Positions 34,362 to 45,001 of a DNA stretch of 64,000 nt are shown piece by piece. Each line of letters opens with the position of its first letter. The stretch's first letter is position 1. The DNA comes from Candidatus Parcubacteria bacterium. GTDB lineage: Bacteria; Patescibacteriota; Minisyncoccia; Phycocordibacterales; CAIZLB01. The translations under genes and the position numbers were made by a program. Below the pieces are notes generated by a model. The model saw nothing but the letters and a program-made list of their open reading frames with translations. It was not told where the DNA came from and searched no databases. Location: the NCBI GenBank assembly GCA_043760135.1, contig JAYUPL010000007.1, positions 106 to 64,105 of the forward strand. Reading direction: 5' to 3'.

Positions 34362-34410
34362 AAAAAAGTGCCCATCCTGGAGAATTCCAGGATGGGCTTT
34401 TTGGTTGTCG

Positions 34411-34656
34411 TCACCGCATGCTGTTGATGGTAAGTGCGAAGAGATTGATTCGATCAGGATCAGTGAGGTAGTTTGCTCTTTCACATTGACACTGGTATTC
34501 TCTCATTCGATTATCGACGAACGTGAACTGGTCTTCGTCCTCTAGAATCACATCTTTTCTGACCCCGCAGGTAACCTCCTTAAGGAAGGTTTCCATCGCT
34601 TTTGAACTTTTTTGTTCGGCGAGTTCTCTCAGATATTGTTTTGCTGGCATGCTCAT
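34411..34656 (-). CDS. hypothetical protein (stand-alone cassette)
   Basis: 81 aa; TTGACA promoter at about 34734; terminator hairpin 34370-34398. Confidence 0.6.
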   Translation of the reverse strand: MSMPAKQYLRELAEQKSSKAMETFLKEVTCGVRKDVILEDEDQFTFVDNRMREYQCQCERANYLTDPDRINLFALTINSMR

Positions 34657-34804
34657 AATTGTATGGTGTTCGTTGTTTATTTACTCAAATTAAAACAGTG
34701 TATATATTATATCAATATTAGATATATTTGTCAAGTATGGACATTCCACTATCAAAAAATGGTATAATTATAATTATTAATAAATAAATAATAAAAATAA
34801 ACAT

Positions 34805-34975
34805 ATGCAAGAATCAAACGGATCATCATCAAATTTAATAATAGGAATCATATTAGGTATTTTAATTATAGGAGGAGTTCTTCTGTATATGAGAAATCAA
34901 GCACCAGCTGCAAATGACTCTCTGGATGTTAATGTAACATTGCCAACAACACAAGACGAGACAAACGGAAGATAA
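34805..34975 (+). CDS. small single-TM protein (56 aa), not in ORF track
   Basis: MQESNGSSSNLIIGIILGILIIGGVLLY... Confidence 0.7.
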   Translation: MQESNGSSSNLIIGIILGILIIGGVLLYMRNQAPAANDSLDVNVTLPTTQDETNGR

Positions 34976-34978
34976 TTT

Positions 34979-35143
34979 ATGGATCGGAAAAAGCTTGTGA
35001 TGTTTGGAACTATTGTTGGAGGATATGCGGGTAGTTATATCCCGGCTCTTTGGGGTGCAGGTGGTTTGTCTATGTGGGGGCTTTTATTCGGAGCTATGGG
35101 AAGTTTGGTTGGAATTTGGGTAGGGTTTAGGTTGGGTGAGTAA
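34979..35143 (+). CDS. small Gly-rich two-TM protein (54 aa), not in ORF track
   Basis: MDRKKLVMFGTIVGGYAGSYIPALWGAG... Confidence 0.75.
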   Translation: MDRKKLVMFGTIVGGYAGSYIPALWGAGGLSMWGLLFGAMGSLVGIWVGFRLGE

Positions 35144-35149
35144 ATTCAG

Positions 35150-35199
35150 GTTTTCTTTAGAACTTCTTAATCAAAACTTTACCACCTCTCTGGTAAAGT
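35150..35199 (+). promoter_or_regulatory. 11-bp phased repeat array plus -10 (TAAAGT), leaderless start
   Basis: cores at 35155, 35166, 35177; -10 at 35194-35199; ATG at 35206. Confidence 0.7.
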
Positions 35200-35205
35200 T
35201 TTTTG

Positions 35206-35730
35206 ATGGAATACAGAAAACCTAAAAAATCACTTTTTATATCAAAACAAATTAGAAATTTAAATAGTGAGGAAAAGATATATCTCGAGAATTTAAAAAA
35301 AGTTTTAAACAAAGAAAGTGATATTGAAACCATTGGGAATATTCCGGGTTATTTATGTTTTGATAAAAAAGAAAGACCCTTAATTTTATCTCGAGAGATT
35401 GTCGATAAGATAGAAAATGATCATGGTTCAATTTGCTCTCAAAATATGATTATTAACATTTTTGAATGGGAATATGCAACTACTAATGTATTAGGTAATC
35501 CTGATAAAATAAATCTTATTAAAAATATACCCGATTCTGATAATTATCTCTTAGTGGCAGCTGTTAGGATTAATGGCTTTTTTGTACTTACTCATTTTGA
35601 AATTGAAGCTAAAAATGGTAACAATTTAAAACGCCTCCTCGACAGAGGGAGCGTTTTAAATAGGGTCTCTTCTATAGCCTGTACTACCAATCAAGACTTG
35701 AATTCAAGTCAATCTAGAGAAGTTGTCTAG
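35206..35730 (+). CDS. putative BECR/RelE-like ribonuclease, paralog 2
   Basis: paralog of 3722..4207; C-terminus extended about 15 aa through the sRNA region. Confidence 0.6.
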   Translation: MEYRKPKKSLFISKQIRNLNSEEKIYLENLKKVLNKESDIETIGNIPGYLCFDKKERPLILSREIVDKIENDHGSICSQNMIINIFEWEYATTNVLGNPDKINLIKNIPDSDNYLLVAAVRINGFFVLTHFEIEAKNGNNLKRLLDRGSVLNRVSSIACTTNQDLNSSQSREVV

Positions 35731-35744
35731 CGTCAAAGGTAATG
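35618..35744 (-). ncRNA. convergent structured sRNA, family A copy 2
   Basis: TTGACA 35777-35772, TAAAAT 35755-35750; terminator hairpin 35661-35624. Confidence 0.7.
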
Positions 35745-35833
35745 GTTGTATTTTAGCAAAAGTTTGATTTATGTCAAATAATACACAAGTATTTCCTTTT
35801 GACTTTTTACCTCAAATAATATAGGTTTTATAT

Positions 35834-36103
35834 ATGAAAAACATATATAAGGCCTTTATTTGTATACTCGCTTTAACAGTACTGGCTCCGTCAGCTGAAG
35901 CCTATTCGTATGGATATAATACGTACAATCCGTACCAATACCATTACCAAAATTATGATTACCGAGATTTTAGTACAAGACCAAATTACACTTATTCGAG
36001 TATTCCAACTATTGTAACTCGACTTAATTTTACGAACTCGTATGTACCTTTTACGAACTCACGAATAAGTTATAGTTCGTATGTGCCGATTTATTATAGA
36101 TAA
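35834..36103 (+). CDS. secreted Tyr-rich hypothetical protein
   Basis: signal peptide ending AEA. Confidence 0.65.
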   Translation: MKNIYKAFICILALTVLAPSAEAYSYGYNTYNPYQYHYQNYDYRDFSTRPNYTYSSIPTIVTRLNFTNSYVPFTNSRISYSSYVPIYYR

Positions 36104-36145
36104 TTTCTCTCATTTATTTATGAATTACGATATACTATTTGTATT

Positions 36146-36439
36146 ATGTCAGAAAAAATATTAACACCAGAATCTCTACAAGAAGGAACCGATCTATATG
36201 ATGGGTTTATACTATCTGCCCTTGAAGGTGATTTAGATTTTGGAATATTGGATCCTGAGACCTTGTTTAAGATTCATGAACGATTGATGCACTATGTAGA
36301 GATACGTAAATCTGTAGATAAACCAGGAGAGGAACCATTTGCATATTTAGAAGCGAAAGGGTTGACTGATAAGCTGGGTATAGATATTGATGATGAATCT
36401 CTTGCAATGATAATAGGAGACTGTGAGGCATATATGTAA
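36146..36439 (+). CDS. acidic hypothetical protein
   Basis: 97-aa ORF with TATACT upstream. Confidence 0.65.
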   Translation: MSEKILTPESLQEGTDLYDGFILSALEGDLDFGILDPETLFKIHERLMHYVEIRKSVDKPGEEPFAYLEAKGLTDKLGIDIDDESLAMIIGDCEAYM

Positions 36440-36458
36440 TTTGCTATACTAAACCTAT

Positions 36459-37043
36459 ATGAAAAAATATTTCCCACACTTGTTACTTGCGATATATGTT
36501 ATTGAATTTATTGTTCTTGGAATTAGTCCATACTCAAGAGCGGTGTGGTATGCAGAAAACTTACCTATAGTCGCATTGGTGGCAGTGATGACAATTTTAT
36601 ACTATAAGAAAGTTCGATTTTCTAATCTAACTTATTTTCTGATATTTATTTTACCTTTTTGGCATACAATAGGAGGTCACTATACGTTTGAGAAAGTTCC
36701 ATTCCAATGGTTTAGTGATTTGTTTGGATTTGAGAGAAATATGTTTGATCGTATTGGACACTTTGCAGTTGGTTTTTATGCCTTGCCGATAATGGAGTAT
36801 GTATATAGTCGAGGGATTATTAAGAGTAAATTGGTGACGATTTTGTATGGTATTTTTGCTATTGCGTTTGTTGCGGCCTGTTATGAATGGATTGAATGGA
36901 TTTATGCTGTTATGTATGGTGGGGAGGCTGGTGCGGCGTTTTTAGGGTCCCAGGGGGATGTGTGGGACGCACAGAAGGATATGTTGATGGATGTGTTGGG
37001 TGCGGTGGTTGGGTCTATTGTTTGGATATTTAAAAAGAGATAA
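36459..37043 (+). CDS. DUF2238/YjdF-family membrane protein
   Basis: GGHYTFEKVP, RNMFDRIGHF, FLGSQGDVWDAQKDM. Confidence 0.9.
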   Translation: MKKYFPHLLLAIYVIEFIVLGISPYSRAVWYAENLPIVALVAVMTILYYKKVRFSNLTYFLIFILPFWHTIGGHYTFEKVPFQWFSDLFGFERNMFDRIGHFAVGFYALPIMEYVYSRGIIKSKLVTILYGIFAIAFVAACYEWIEWIYAVMYGGEAGAAFLGSQGDVWDAQKDMLMDVLGAVVGSIVWIFKKR

Positions 37044-37579
37044 TGATGCCTCCATACACACTGAACACCCGAAAAAATTTAAAAAATCTTCGTATTACGA
37101 TAACTCGAACTGGAGAGATTATTTTATCTAAACCAAATCGAATACCACTTTTAATTGCTGAAAATTTTATCCTATCCAAATCCGACTGGATAAACTCACA
37201 GCTGGAAAAAATAAAATCGGCACCTCAACAAACTCCACACATAAAATTAACTAAAAAAGATTACCTACGCTTAAAACCCCTCGCGCTCAAACTAACCACA
37301 GAAAAACTCGCACTTTACAACCGTCACTACAACCTCCCATACAAAAACATCACAATCAAAAATACCAAAACTCGCTGGGGATCATGCTCACACCGCGGCA
37401 ACTTAAATTTCAATTATAAAATCGCCCTCATCCCGGAACAACTTCAAAACTACATCGTCGTCCACGAACTCTGCCACCGCGGACAGTTTAATCATTCTCA
37501 AAAATTCTGGGACCTCGTCGCAGAAACAATTCCAAACCACCTCGAACTGAGGAGGGAATTACGGAAAATACATCTTTAG
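37043..37579 (+). CDS. YgjP/M48-like zinc metallohydrolase (DUF45)
   Basis: KTRWGSCS, YIVVHELCH, NHSQKFW. Confidence 0.9.
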   Translation: MMPPYTLNTRKNLKNLRITITRTGEIILSKPNRIPLLIAENFILSKSDWINSQLEKIKSAPQQTPHIKLTKKDYLRLKPLALKLTTEKLALYNRHYNLPYKNITIKNTKTRWGSCSHRGNLNFNYKIALIPEQLQNYIVVHELCHRGQFNHSQKFWDLVAETIPNHLELRRELRKIHL

Positions 37580-37639
37580 TCTACATTGACTTTTTTTATA
37601 TAGAATGTTAGAATCCACGCATCTAACAACACAATTAGA

Positions 37640-37945
37640 ATGCACAAAATAGACAACGAAAAAGTTCTTCGACCGCTTATAGAGAGGTTCGAAGCCCTTA
37701 GTCATCAAGGTTTCAGCCATGGAAGAAGAGATCATGATCTCGATGACTTATTTGCAGAACTGGTTCTTACCAAGCTTGGTCCGGGTGAAAAAGAATTCAA
37801 ACCTGAGGATACTTCAAAAGTTTGGAGCCGATGCTTTAGCTACAAGAGCTCTGATCATACCTGCAAGATTTTCCTCCGAGTAAAAATAGTTAAAGGTAAA
37901 AAGGGACAGAGTAGCTTTGAAGTCGAAACTAAATTCAAGAAATAA
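37640..37945 (+). CDS. hypothetical protein
   Basis: 101 aa; TTGACT..TAGAAT promoter. Confidence 0.6.
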   Translation: MHKIDNEKVLRPLIERFEALSHQGFSHGRRDHDLDDLFAELVLTKLGPGEKEFKPEDTSKVWSRCFSYKSSDHTCKIFLRVKIVKGKKGQSSFEVETKFKK

Positions 37946-37961
37946 CAATCAGCCAACTCAG

Positions 37962-38279
37962 ATGAAACAGAAACTTCGCAATCTCATTACCGATCTCCAC
38001 CATGCTTCAAAATTACCACCTAGCGATATACGCAACAGGAGTATTTGTGACTTTTTCAAGCGAGCGGTAATGCTCGGTCTCCAAGAAGACAAACAGAAGG
38101 GTGTTATTTACACTCAGATTGAAACTGAGTTTGAACTATCTTCGATTCTCAATCTCTGGTTCAGTGACCCTGGACAAGGTATTGATATTCTCATTGTAGT
38201 TGAGCTTGGGAAGAATCCACTTAATACTACTGTCATGATCGACCGCGAGCGCATCGATGAAGATGCTGAAGAAGTATGA
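37962..38279 (+). CDS. hypothetical protein
   Basis: ORF from ATG 37962; terminator at about 38315-38340. Confidence 0.55.
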   Translation: MKQKLRNLITDLHHASKLPPSDIRNRSICDFFKRAVMLGLQEDKQKGVIYTQIETEFELSSILNLWFSDPGQGIDILIVVELGKNPLNTTVMIDRERIDEDAEEV

Positions 38280-38356
38280 TCTCACTCATGGTTGCAAGTT
38301 ACCCTACCAAAACTTGCTCCTCCTCCGGGAGGTATTTTTTATAGTATAATTAAACT

Positions 38357-39157
38357 ATGAAAACGTATCAAAAAAACATCACCCTCTTCGTGATTCTTTC
38401 CTTGTGTCTTTTTGTGTATTTTTCAAAAAAAGAAAAAGAAGTTGTGGTTCCTTCAACTGTAGCTACCACCACCGATATTTTTATTAATGATGTAAACGAG
38501 TTTTATACAATTTCAGCACAGTATCCGAAAGAGCTTTGGGACAAAGATTTTACCATGGAAAAAGATGTGCTTACTATTGTAAATCAAAAAAAAGAAGAAT
38601 GGAAAATAGGTGGTCCGGTAAATAATGAAGAAAAGGCGATAACTATGCAGTATCCAGATCGTCCTATTTTAAAATATGAATTAAACATTAAGTTTGATAA
38701 ATTTGAGTCAAAAGATAAAGGTACTGTAAGTTATGTATTTAAAAATTATGAGTTTACAGGTGGGGCTCATGGGGGTACTGGACTGGTAACATACACATTC
38801 GATAAAAACGGTATTGTGAATATTGGAGATATTTTAGACTTAACAAGTAGTGGTCATTCTTTGGCCATAAGTAAAATAATGAGAGATAAGCTAAAAGTGT
38901 CATTAGGTGAATTGCATAATGCAGAGATGTTGGATGGCGGACTTGGTTTGCAGTTTATAAATGCCAATGGAAATTCTAATGCTATAACTGGTGATGCGTT
39001 TAATTTTTCTGCGAATTTTAATAACTTTGTAGTGTTGGATGAGGGGATTAGATTTATTTTTGGGCAATATCAAGTTGCTCCGTATGCTGCTGGTATACCC
39101 GAGGTGTTATTGACTTGGGAGGAACTTAGTCCGTATTTAAAAAAGTATGCTCGTTAA
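38357..39157 (+). CDS. DUF3298/RsiV-like exported protein
   Basis: FTGGAHG, YQVAPYAAG motifs. Confidence 0.85.
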   Translation: MKTYQKNITLFVILSLCLFVYFSKKEKEVVVPSTVATTTDIFINDVNEFYTISAQYPKELWDKDFTMEKDVLTIVNQKKEEWKIGGPVNNEEKAITMQYPDRPILKYELNIKFDKFESKDKGTVSYVFKNYEFTGGAHGGTGLVTYTFDKNGIVNIGDILDLTSSGHSLAISKIMRDKLKVSLGELHNAEMLDGGLGLQFINANGNSNAITGDAFNFSANFNNFVVLDEGIRFIFGQYQVAPYAAGIPEVLLTWEELSPYLKKYAR

Positions 39158-39221
39158 GTATTCTGTAAATAAAAAACCACCCCCGCGAACACTTGGTTCG
39201 CACGGGGCACGGGGGAATGGG

Positions 39222-39494
39222 TTATGCAGCACGGCTGCGTTGTTGTTGGTTGGGTTTACTGGCTTCTCTGATCCAGCTGGTAATCTCGTTGTGTACGAGG
39301 TTTGCCAGTTCTGCAGGTGACTTTTCGTCGATTTGAATTGCACTAAGCCAAGCGATTAAGTGTCTCTCATCTTCTTGGTTGAGTTGACTGTTGTCTTGGT
39401 CTGTGTGCGCAGCGATGTGGGCAATCAAGTTTTTGAATCTCAAATCTTCGCGTTTATTTGAGATTCCTTCGAGTATGGTTATTGTTGGTTTCAT
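39222..39494 (-). CDS. hypothetical protein (stand-alone cassette)
   Basis: 90 aa; TTGACA promoter near 39551; GC hairpin terminator at about 39170-39215. Confidence 0.6.
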   Translation of the reverse strand: MKPTITILEGISNKREDLRFKNLIAHIAAHTDQDNSQLNQEDERHLIAWLSAIQIDEKSPAELANLVHNEITSWIREASKPNQQQRSRAA

Positions 39495-39639
39495 GATTTA
39501 TCATAATGGGCTCTACATAATATGTAATATCATTATATATGGCTTTGTCAACCTTGCCACATCACCAAACAAGCTCTTAATAAAATAAACCATTCGAGGA
39601 AAGAATGGTTTATTTATATGTTAGGTTTGGAAAAAGAAT

Positions 39640-40929
39640 CTATTTGTTGAGCGCCTTAACCCCAGCAAACACAGCCTTCTTTCCAAGTTGTTCCTCAATT
39701 CGAAGCAACTCATTATATTTCGCAACCCTATCAGTTCGACATAATGATCCTGTCTTAATTTGACCACATCCTGTTCCAACCACAAAGTGTGAAATAGTTG
39801 TATCTTCAGTCTCACCTGATCGATGGGATATGATTGCAGTCATCCCAGCTTTGTGTGCCATTTTCACAGCCCTGATAGTTTCTGTAACTGTACCGATTTG
39901 ATTTAGTTTTATAAGAATAGAGTTACCGGCTTTGGTATCAATTCCTTTTTGTAATCTCTCAATATTTGTTACAAAAAGATCATCTCCAACAACTTGAACT
40001 TTTGTTCCCATAAGTTTTGTACATTCTTGATATCCTTCCCAATCATCTTCAGCAAATCCATCCTCGATAGAAAGGATTGGATATTTTTTACACCAAGTTT
40101 TATATAGTTGTACCATTTCTTTTGAAGATAATTTTTTACCCTCTCTTTCTAGATCGTACACACCATCTTTATATAATTCTGATGCGGCAACATCCATCGC
40201 AATACCAACATCTTTTCCTAATTTGTATCCAGCAATTTTCACAGCTTTAGAAATAATCTCAATCGCTGCTTCGTTCGATGGAAGTGATGGGGCATATCCA
40301 CCTTCATCTCCTGTAGTTGTGGTCATACCCTGATCTTTTAACATTTTCTTTAAGTGGTGGAAAATTTCAGCACCCATACGAAGCGCCTCGCGAAAAGTTC
40401 TCGCCCCGATCGGCATAATCATAAACTCTTGAAAATCTGTTGAGTTTGTTGCATGTTGTCCACCATTTAAAATATTCATCATTGGTAATGGAAGAGAAAT
40501 TTTCTTTCCAGTTTTAGCAATAGATGCAAAATACATATACAGAGGTTTTTTCATTGATGCGGCTGCAGCATGTGAGAATGCCATTGATACACCAAGGATT
40601 GCATTTGCCCCCAAGTTTGATTTTGTATTTGTACCGTCAAGTTTAATCATCGCTTCATCAAGTGTAGTTTGATCCCAAGTTTTTCCAACCAAAGCTTTTT
40701 TAAGTTTTGTATTTACATTTGCCACAGCTTTCAAAACACCTTTTCCAAGATATCTTTTTTTATCACCATCGCGAAGTTCGATCGCTTCATATGACCCAGT
40801 TGAAGCACCTGAAGGAACGGCGGCACGACCAAAAGAACCATCTTTAAGTAAAACATCTACTTCGACAGTAGGATTACCACGAGAGTCTAAGATTTCACGA
40901 CCAGTAATGTTTTTTATCGTTAACGACAT
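39640..40929 (-). CDS. eno: enolase
   Basis: [37 protein letters not shown]. Confidence 0.98.
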   Translation of the reverse strand: MSLTIKNITGREILDSRGNPTVEVDVLLKDGSFGRAAVPSGASTGSYEAIELRDGDKKRYLGKGVLKAVANVNTKLKKALVGKTWDQTTLDEAMIKLDGTNTKSNLGANAILGVSMAFSHAAAASMKKPLYMYFASIAKTGKKISLPLPMMNILNGGQHATNSTDFQEFMIMPIGARTFREALRMGAEIFHHLKKMLKDQGMTTTTGDEGGYAPSLPSNEAAIEIISKAVKIAGYKLGKDVGIAMDVAASELYKDGVYDLEREGKKLSSKEMVQLYKTWCKKYPILSIEDGFAEDDWEGYQECTKLMGTKVQVVGDDLFVTNIERLQKGIDTKAGNSILIKLNQIGTVTETIRAVKMAHKAGMTAIISHRSGETEDTTISHFVVGTGCGQIKTGSLCRTDRVAKYNELLRIEEQLGKKAVFAGVKALNK

Positions 40930-40992
40930 ATGTTTGTATTTATGAATTTTAATTATTTATATAATGACTGATACATGATATCATAGATTCAT

Positions 40993-42009
40993 ATGCTTAA
41001 AAGATTTACACGGACGGCCTTATTATGTTTGATTTTGATAATTGGAGTCTTTTTGAGTAATAATGCTCGGGCTGCATTTATAAATGACTTTATTGTACCT
41101 CGAGGCTTTACGTTTAATAGAAATCTAGTTAAAGGTACAACTGTGTCACCAGATGTGAGATATCTACAAAATATTTTAAATATCTCAACCTCAACTCGTG
41201 TGTCTGAAAAGGATGCGGGTGCTAACGGAAAACTAACACCATATTTTGGTGATAAAACAGAAAGTGCATTGGCACGATTCCAACAAACATTTAAACAAGA
41301 TATAGAGTTTGAAAAAGCTATATCAACAACAACTGGTGCAAATCAATATGTTATAAATTCGAAAGTGGTGGATCCGTACACTCGTATTGTATTAACTAAG
41401 TTGGTTACCATATACAACGATCAGCTTGATACCTATAAAAAAGTTAGAGCTGCAACTTCTACATTGCCTTTTTCTTCAACAACAAAATTTAAAACTGATG
41501 AGGGAAAAACTGATGAAAAATTTGATGTTAAAAAAGGCGGTTTTGAATATTCACCACAAGGTTTACTTTTAAAATTAATTGGTGGACAGGATTTGGTTGA
41601 TAAGATTTATAGTTATTCTCCAGTAGGAATGATAGAAGGTGGCGGTGCTGGGGGAGGAAGTGGTGGTGGTGCGGCACTTGGATCTTTGGGAGGGATAGGT
41701 GGAGCAGGAGGTAGTGGTGCATCTGCATCTTCGGGTATTTACAACTTCGGCGGTAAAACAGTTTCTATGGTAACTTGTACATGTAGTCTTAATCTTTTAT
41801 TATATGTTCAAGATGTGAGAGGTGCAACTATTCCATTGATATATCAGCCAGGTGCTACGTATTTGTATAAAATGTATACACCGACAGTGGGGGTGAACGT
41901 ATTAGGAAAATATGTATCAGGTGGACAATGTTTACTTATCGGATATCCGTGTTACACCGGTGGAAGTCCGATGGGTACTATGATACAACTAGGTACATCC
42001 GCTTTATAG
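40993..42009 (+). CDS. secreted protein with peptidoglycan-binding-like domain, Gly-rich linker and Cys-containing C-terminus
   Basis: DVRYLQNILN...YFGDKTESALARFQ. Confidence 0.7.
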   Translation: MLKRFTRTALLCLILIIGVFLSNNARAAFINDFIVPRGFTFNRNLVKGTTVSPDVRYLQNILNISTSTRVSEKDAGANGKLTPYFGDKTESALARFQQTFKQDIEFEKAISTTTGANQYVINSKVVDPYTRIVLTKLVTIYNDQLDTYKKVRAATSTLPFSSTTKFKTDEGKTDEKFDVKKGGFEYSPQGLLLKLIGGQDLVDKIYSYSPVGMIEGGGAGGGSGGGAALGSLGGIGGAGGSGASASSGIYNFGGKTVSMVTCTCSLNLLLYVQDVRGATIPLIYQPGATYLYKMYTPTVGVNVLGKYVSGGQCLLIGYPCYTGGSPMGTMIQLGTSAL

Positions 42010-42012
42010 ATT

Positions 42013-43020
42013 ATGTCTTTCATTCAAAAATTAAAACAAGATAAACAACGACCCTTATTTGTACTGGCTCCAATGGCTGATGTGACAGATGTGGCTTTTC
42101 GAACTGTCATAGGTGAGGCAGCGTCACCTGACATCTATTGGACTGAGTTTGTGTCGGCAGATGGGCTTATACGAGCTACGGAGATTGGAAAATATAAGCT
42201 AAAAAAAGATTTATTATTTGATACAGAAAAACAACGACCTATTATTGTTCAATTATTTTCTTCTACGTATCAATATATGTATGAGGCAACAAAACTTTGT
42301 ATTGAACTTGGTTTTGATGGTGTGGATATAAACATGGGTTGTCCAGATAAATCAATTGAAAAACAAAAGTGTGGTGCGGCGATGATTAAAAATCCAGAGC
42401 TGGCAGTTGGTGTGATAAAAGCCTGTAAGGATGCACGGCGAGATTTTGGAAATGAAAACTTTTCTGTATCTGTAAAAACTCGAGTAGGATACAATGCGGT
42501 TGAATTAGATTCTTGGATTCCACTATTGTTGGAACAAGAAATCGATCTCATAACTATCCATGCCCGTACTCGAAAAGAAATGTCGAAAGTTGAAGCAAAT
42601 TGGGACTATGTCAAGACTGTTGTCAAGATGAGAGATGGTTGGGTTGAAAAAAATCCTACAAAAACCGCACCACTTATTTTTGGAAATGGTGATGTTGTAA
42701 GTGTTGAGGATGGATTTTCTAAGTGTGAAAATTTTAATGCAGACGGAGCAATGATTGGACGAGCTATGTTCGGTAATCCGTGGTTCTTTAAAGATATCGA
42801 AGAAAAATTCGTACCAACGAGGGAAGACAGAATTAAAACCTTGATCAGACAAGTTGAAGTGTTTGATAGGGAATTGGGAGATGTAAAATCTTTTGCTGTG
42901 ATGAAGAAATTTTTTAAGACGTATATGAATGGGTTTGAGGATGCGAAAGAGATCAGGGAGAAAATTATGGGGATGGAAAATGCCGGTGAGGTTACGAGGT
43001 TTTTGAGAGAATCTCTTTAG
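42013..43020 (+). CDS. dus: tRNA-dihydrouridine synthase
   Basis: LAPMADVTD, DINMGCP, IHART, GNGDV, MIGR. Confidence 0.93.
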   Translation: MSFIQKLKQDKQRPLFVLAPMADVTDVAFRTVIGEAASPDIYWTEFVSADGLIRATEIGKYKLKKDLLFDTEKQRPIIVQLFSSTYQYMYEATKLCIELGFDGVDINMGCPDKSIEKQKCGAAMIKNPELAVGVIKACKDARRDFGNENFSVSVKTRVGYNAVELDSWIPLLLEQEIDLITIHARTRKEMSKVEANWDYVKTVVKMRDGWVEKNPTKTAPLIFGNGDVVSVEDGFSKCENFNADGAMIGRAMFGNPWFFKDIEEKFVPTREDRIKTLIRQVEVFDRELGDVKSFAVMKKFFKTYMNGFEDAKEIREKIMGMENAGEVTRFLRESL

Positions 43021-43117
43021 ATGGTAGGGTTGCTTTTTTCGTCAAGATATGTTTAAATTACATACCCGAAGCGATAACGAAACGCTTGGATTAACACAAA
43101 CTAGAACATTACATACT

Positions 43118-43738
43118 ATGCCTAAAATTGAAGGACACATTAGCCAGATCGAAGCACTTACCAGAAAACTTGGTGCAACTCCAGAATCTCTAGACGCAGT
43201 ATTGGCTTCCAACCTGCTCCGAGATATCCTGAACCCAGATGCAATTCTGAGAAATCTGACTCGAGATTCTTTGAGGCGCATCATTGAACTTCCTGAGCTG
43301 CTCCATGTTGATTACAGTCTGACGTTGGAGGAGGTTATCCGTCAGTCTCAGATTCAGGACATTGACCCGAACCTGTTCAAGGTTGATGCTAAATGCTGGG
43401 AATACAAGTATTCAACCATGAAGACTTTCGAGTGCGAGGATGTTATTTTCGGTGGCCCGACGATTATCAAAAACGCCCGCGAAACTATCAATGGTTCTGA
43501 TGGAGGTTCGTGGCGACAGGTTGATTTGTACCAATTTTTGGTATATCACTGCAAGCATCTAGAAAAACATATTCATCACCCAATTATCTGTGGTCAGATT
43601 CTTGAAATCAAAGGGGTGCAACACATCGCCGTTCTCGGGTCTGAGAAGAAACGTTCATTCATTCATCTGATGCCGATAAAGAGTATGCCGGCTTGGCCAA
43701 AAATAACCCTTTTTCCCAAGGTGCGATTAGCAAAATAA
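43118..43738 (+). CDS. hypothetical protein (stand-alone cassette)
   Basis: ORF, start uncertain (43049 or 43118); terminator at about 43762-43800. Confidence 0.6.
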   Translation: MPKIEGHISQIEALTRKLGATPESLDAVLASNLLRDILNPDAILRNLTRDSLRRIIELPELLHVDYSLTLEEVIRQSQIQDIDPNLFKVDAKCWEYKYSTMKTFECEDVIFGGPTIIKNARETINGSDGGSWRQVDLYQFLVYHCKHLEKHIHHPIICGQILEIKGVQHIAVLGSEKKRSFIHLMPIKSMPAWPKITLFPKVRLAK

Positions 43739-43820
43739 CGACGTACAATCGCAAAAACCAAAAATCCTGCAACAGCATCACACTGTTGCGGGAATTTTAT
43801 TTTACATATAAAATCAAACT

Positions 43821-44276
43821 ATGAATTACTGGCTCATGAAATCTGAAGGAGATTGCTATCCTATCGAACAACTTAAAAAAGATAAAGTCACTCCATGGGG
43901 CGGTGTGCGCAACTATCAAGCACGAAACTACATGAAAGAGATGGAAGTTGGAGATATGGTTTTATTCTATCATTCAAGTTCAAAACCCACTGGAGTATTT
44001 GGATTGGCAAAAGTTGTAAAAACTGCACATCCTGATCTGACCGCTTTTGATAAAAGAGATGATCATTATGATGAACGATCAACAGTAGAAAAACCCATCT
44101 GGGAATGTGTTGATGTACAGTATGTTTCAACATTTAAAGAACCTATCACATTAGATGAAATGAAAAGATATCGAGAGTTAAGCACAATGAAATTATTTCA
44201 AAAAGGATCAAGATTGTCAGTTATTCCAGTGACTGAGAAGGAGTACAATTTTATTGTTTCTTTGGGGAAAGTTTAG
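43821..44276 (+). CDS. EVE-domain protein
   Basis: YWLMKSE, WGGVRNYQARN, FYHS, RLSVIPV. Confidence 0.93.
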   Translation: MNYWLMKSEGDCYPIEQLKKDKVTPWGGVRNYQARNYMKEMEVGDMVLFYHSSSKPTGVFGLAKVVKTAHPDLTAFDKRDDHYDERSTVEKPIWECVDVQYVSTFKEPITLDEMKRYRELSTMKLFQKGSRLSVIPVTEKEYNFIVSLGKV

Positions 44277-44315
44277 AATTTCTTTATGAGAACTTTATGT
44301 TGGTTTTGGTATTAT
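44256..44315 (+). promoter_or_regulatory. 11-bp phased repeat array plus -10 (TATTAT), leaderless start
   Basis: cores at 44260, 44271, 44282, 44293; -10 at 44310-44315; ATG at 44322. Confidence 0.7.
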
Positions 44316-44321
44316 TTTTGA

Positions 44322-44801
44322 ATGCTAATCGAAAAACCAAAAAAGCCTGCATTTATCCACGGACCTATCCTACCTCTGAATAAAAGAGAGGAGATGTACT
44401 TGTGGAAAATAAAAAATATTATCAAATATAAAAGCACTCATGAAAATATTGGGTATGTACCCGAATCTTTATCAAAGGACGCTAAAGTCAGACCCCTTAT
44501 TTTATCTCGAAGTATATTACATAAAATTCAATCTGATCATGGACATATTTGTCCAGAAAACATGATTATCAATGCACATCGGTGGGATTATATCGTTTCG
44601 TATCCATATAACAATGTAGACAAGATTGTGCTGGTAAAGAATATACCGAATAGTCGCAATTATTTTGTGTTAGCAGCTAACAGAAATAATGGTTTTTATA
44701 TTGTGACACATTTCGAAGTCGAAGCGATGACTGGAAAAAACTTAAAACGTCTCCTCGGTAGAGGAAACGTTTTAAGTAGGGGGCCTTCTATATGCCTATA
44801 G
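44322..44801 (+). CDS. putative BECR/RelE-like ribonuclease, paralog 3
   Basis: paralog of 3722..4207. Confidence 0.6.
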   Translation: MLIEKPKKPAFIHGPILPLNKREEMYLWKIKNIIKYKSTHENIGYVPESLSKDAKVRPLILSRSILHKIQSDHGHICPENMIINAHRWDYIVSYPYNNVDKIVLVKNIPNSRNYFVLAANRNNGFYIVTHFEVEAMTGKNLKRLLGRGNVLSRGPSICL

Positions 44802-44859
44802 TACCGATCTGAGACTTTTTCAAGTCAGTATGAGAAGGTGTCATGTGTCATCGGTAATG
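44735..44859 (-). ncRNA. convergent structured sRNA, family A copy 3
   Basis: TTGACT 44892-44887, TATAAT 44870-44865; terminator 44777-44740 plus U-tract. Confidence 0.7.
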
Positions 44860-44935
44860 GTTGTATTATACGCTTGGGTAAACCAAAGTCAAATTGTAGA
44901 ATATTTTGATCATTTCAATGAAATATAATTTTATT

Positions 44936-44995
44936 TTTTCTTTGGTAAAACTTTAAAATCTCTTTATCAGAACTTTATCGGTATTTTTATAAAAT
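44936..44995 (+). promoter_or_regulatory. 11-bp phased repeat array plus -10 (TAAAAT), leaderless start
   Basis: cores at 44940, 44951, 44962, 44973; -10 at 44990-44995; ATG at 45002. Confidence 0.7.
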
Positions 44996-45001
44996 TGATG
45001 G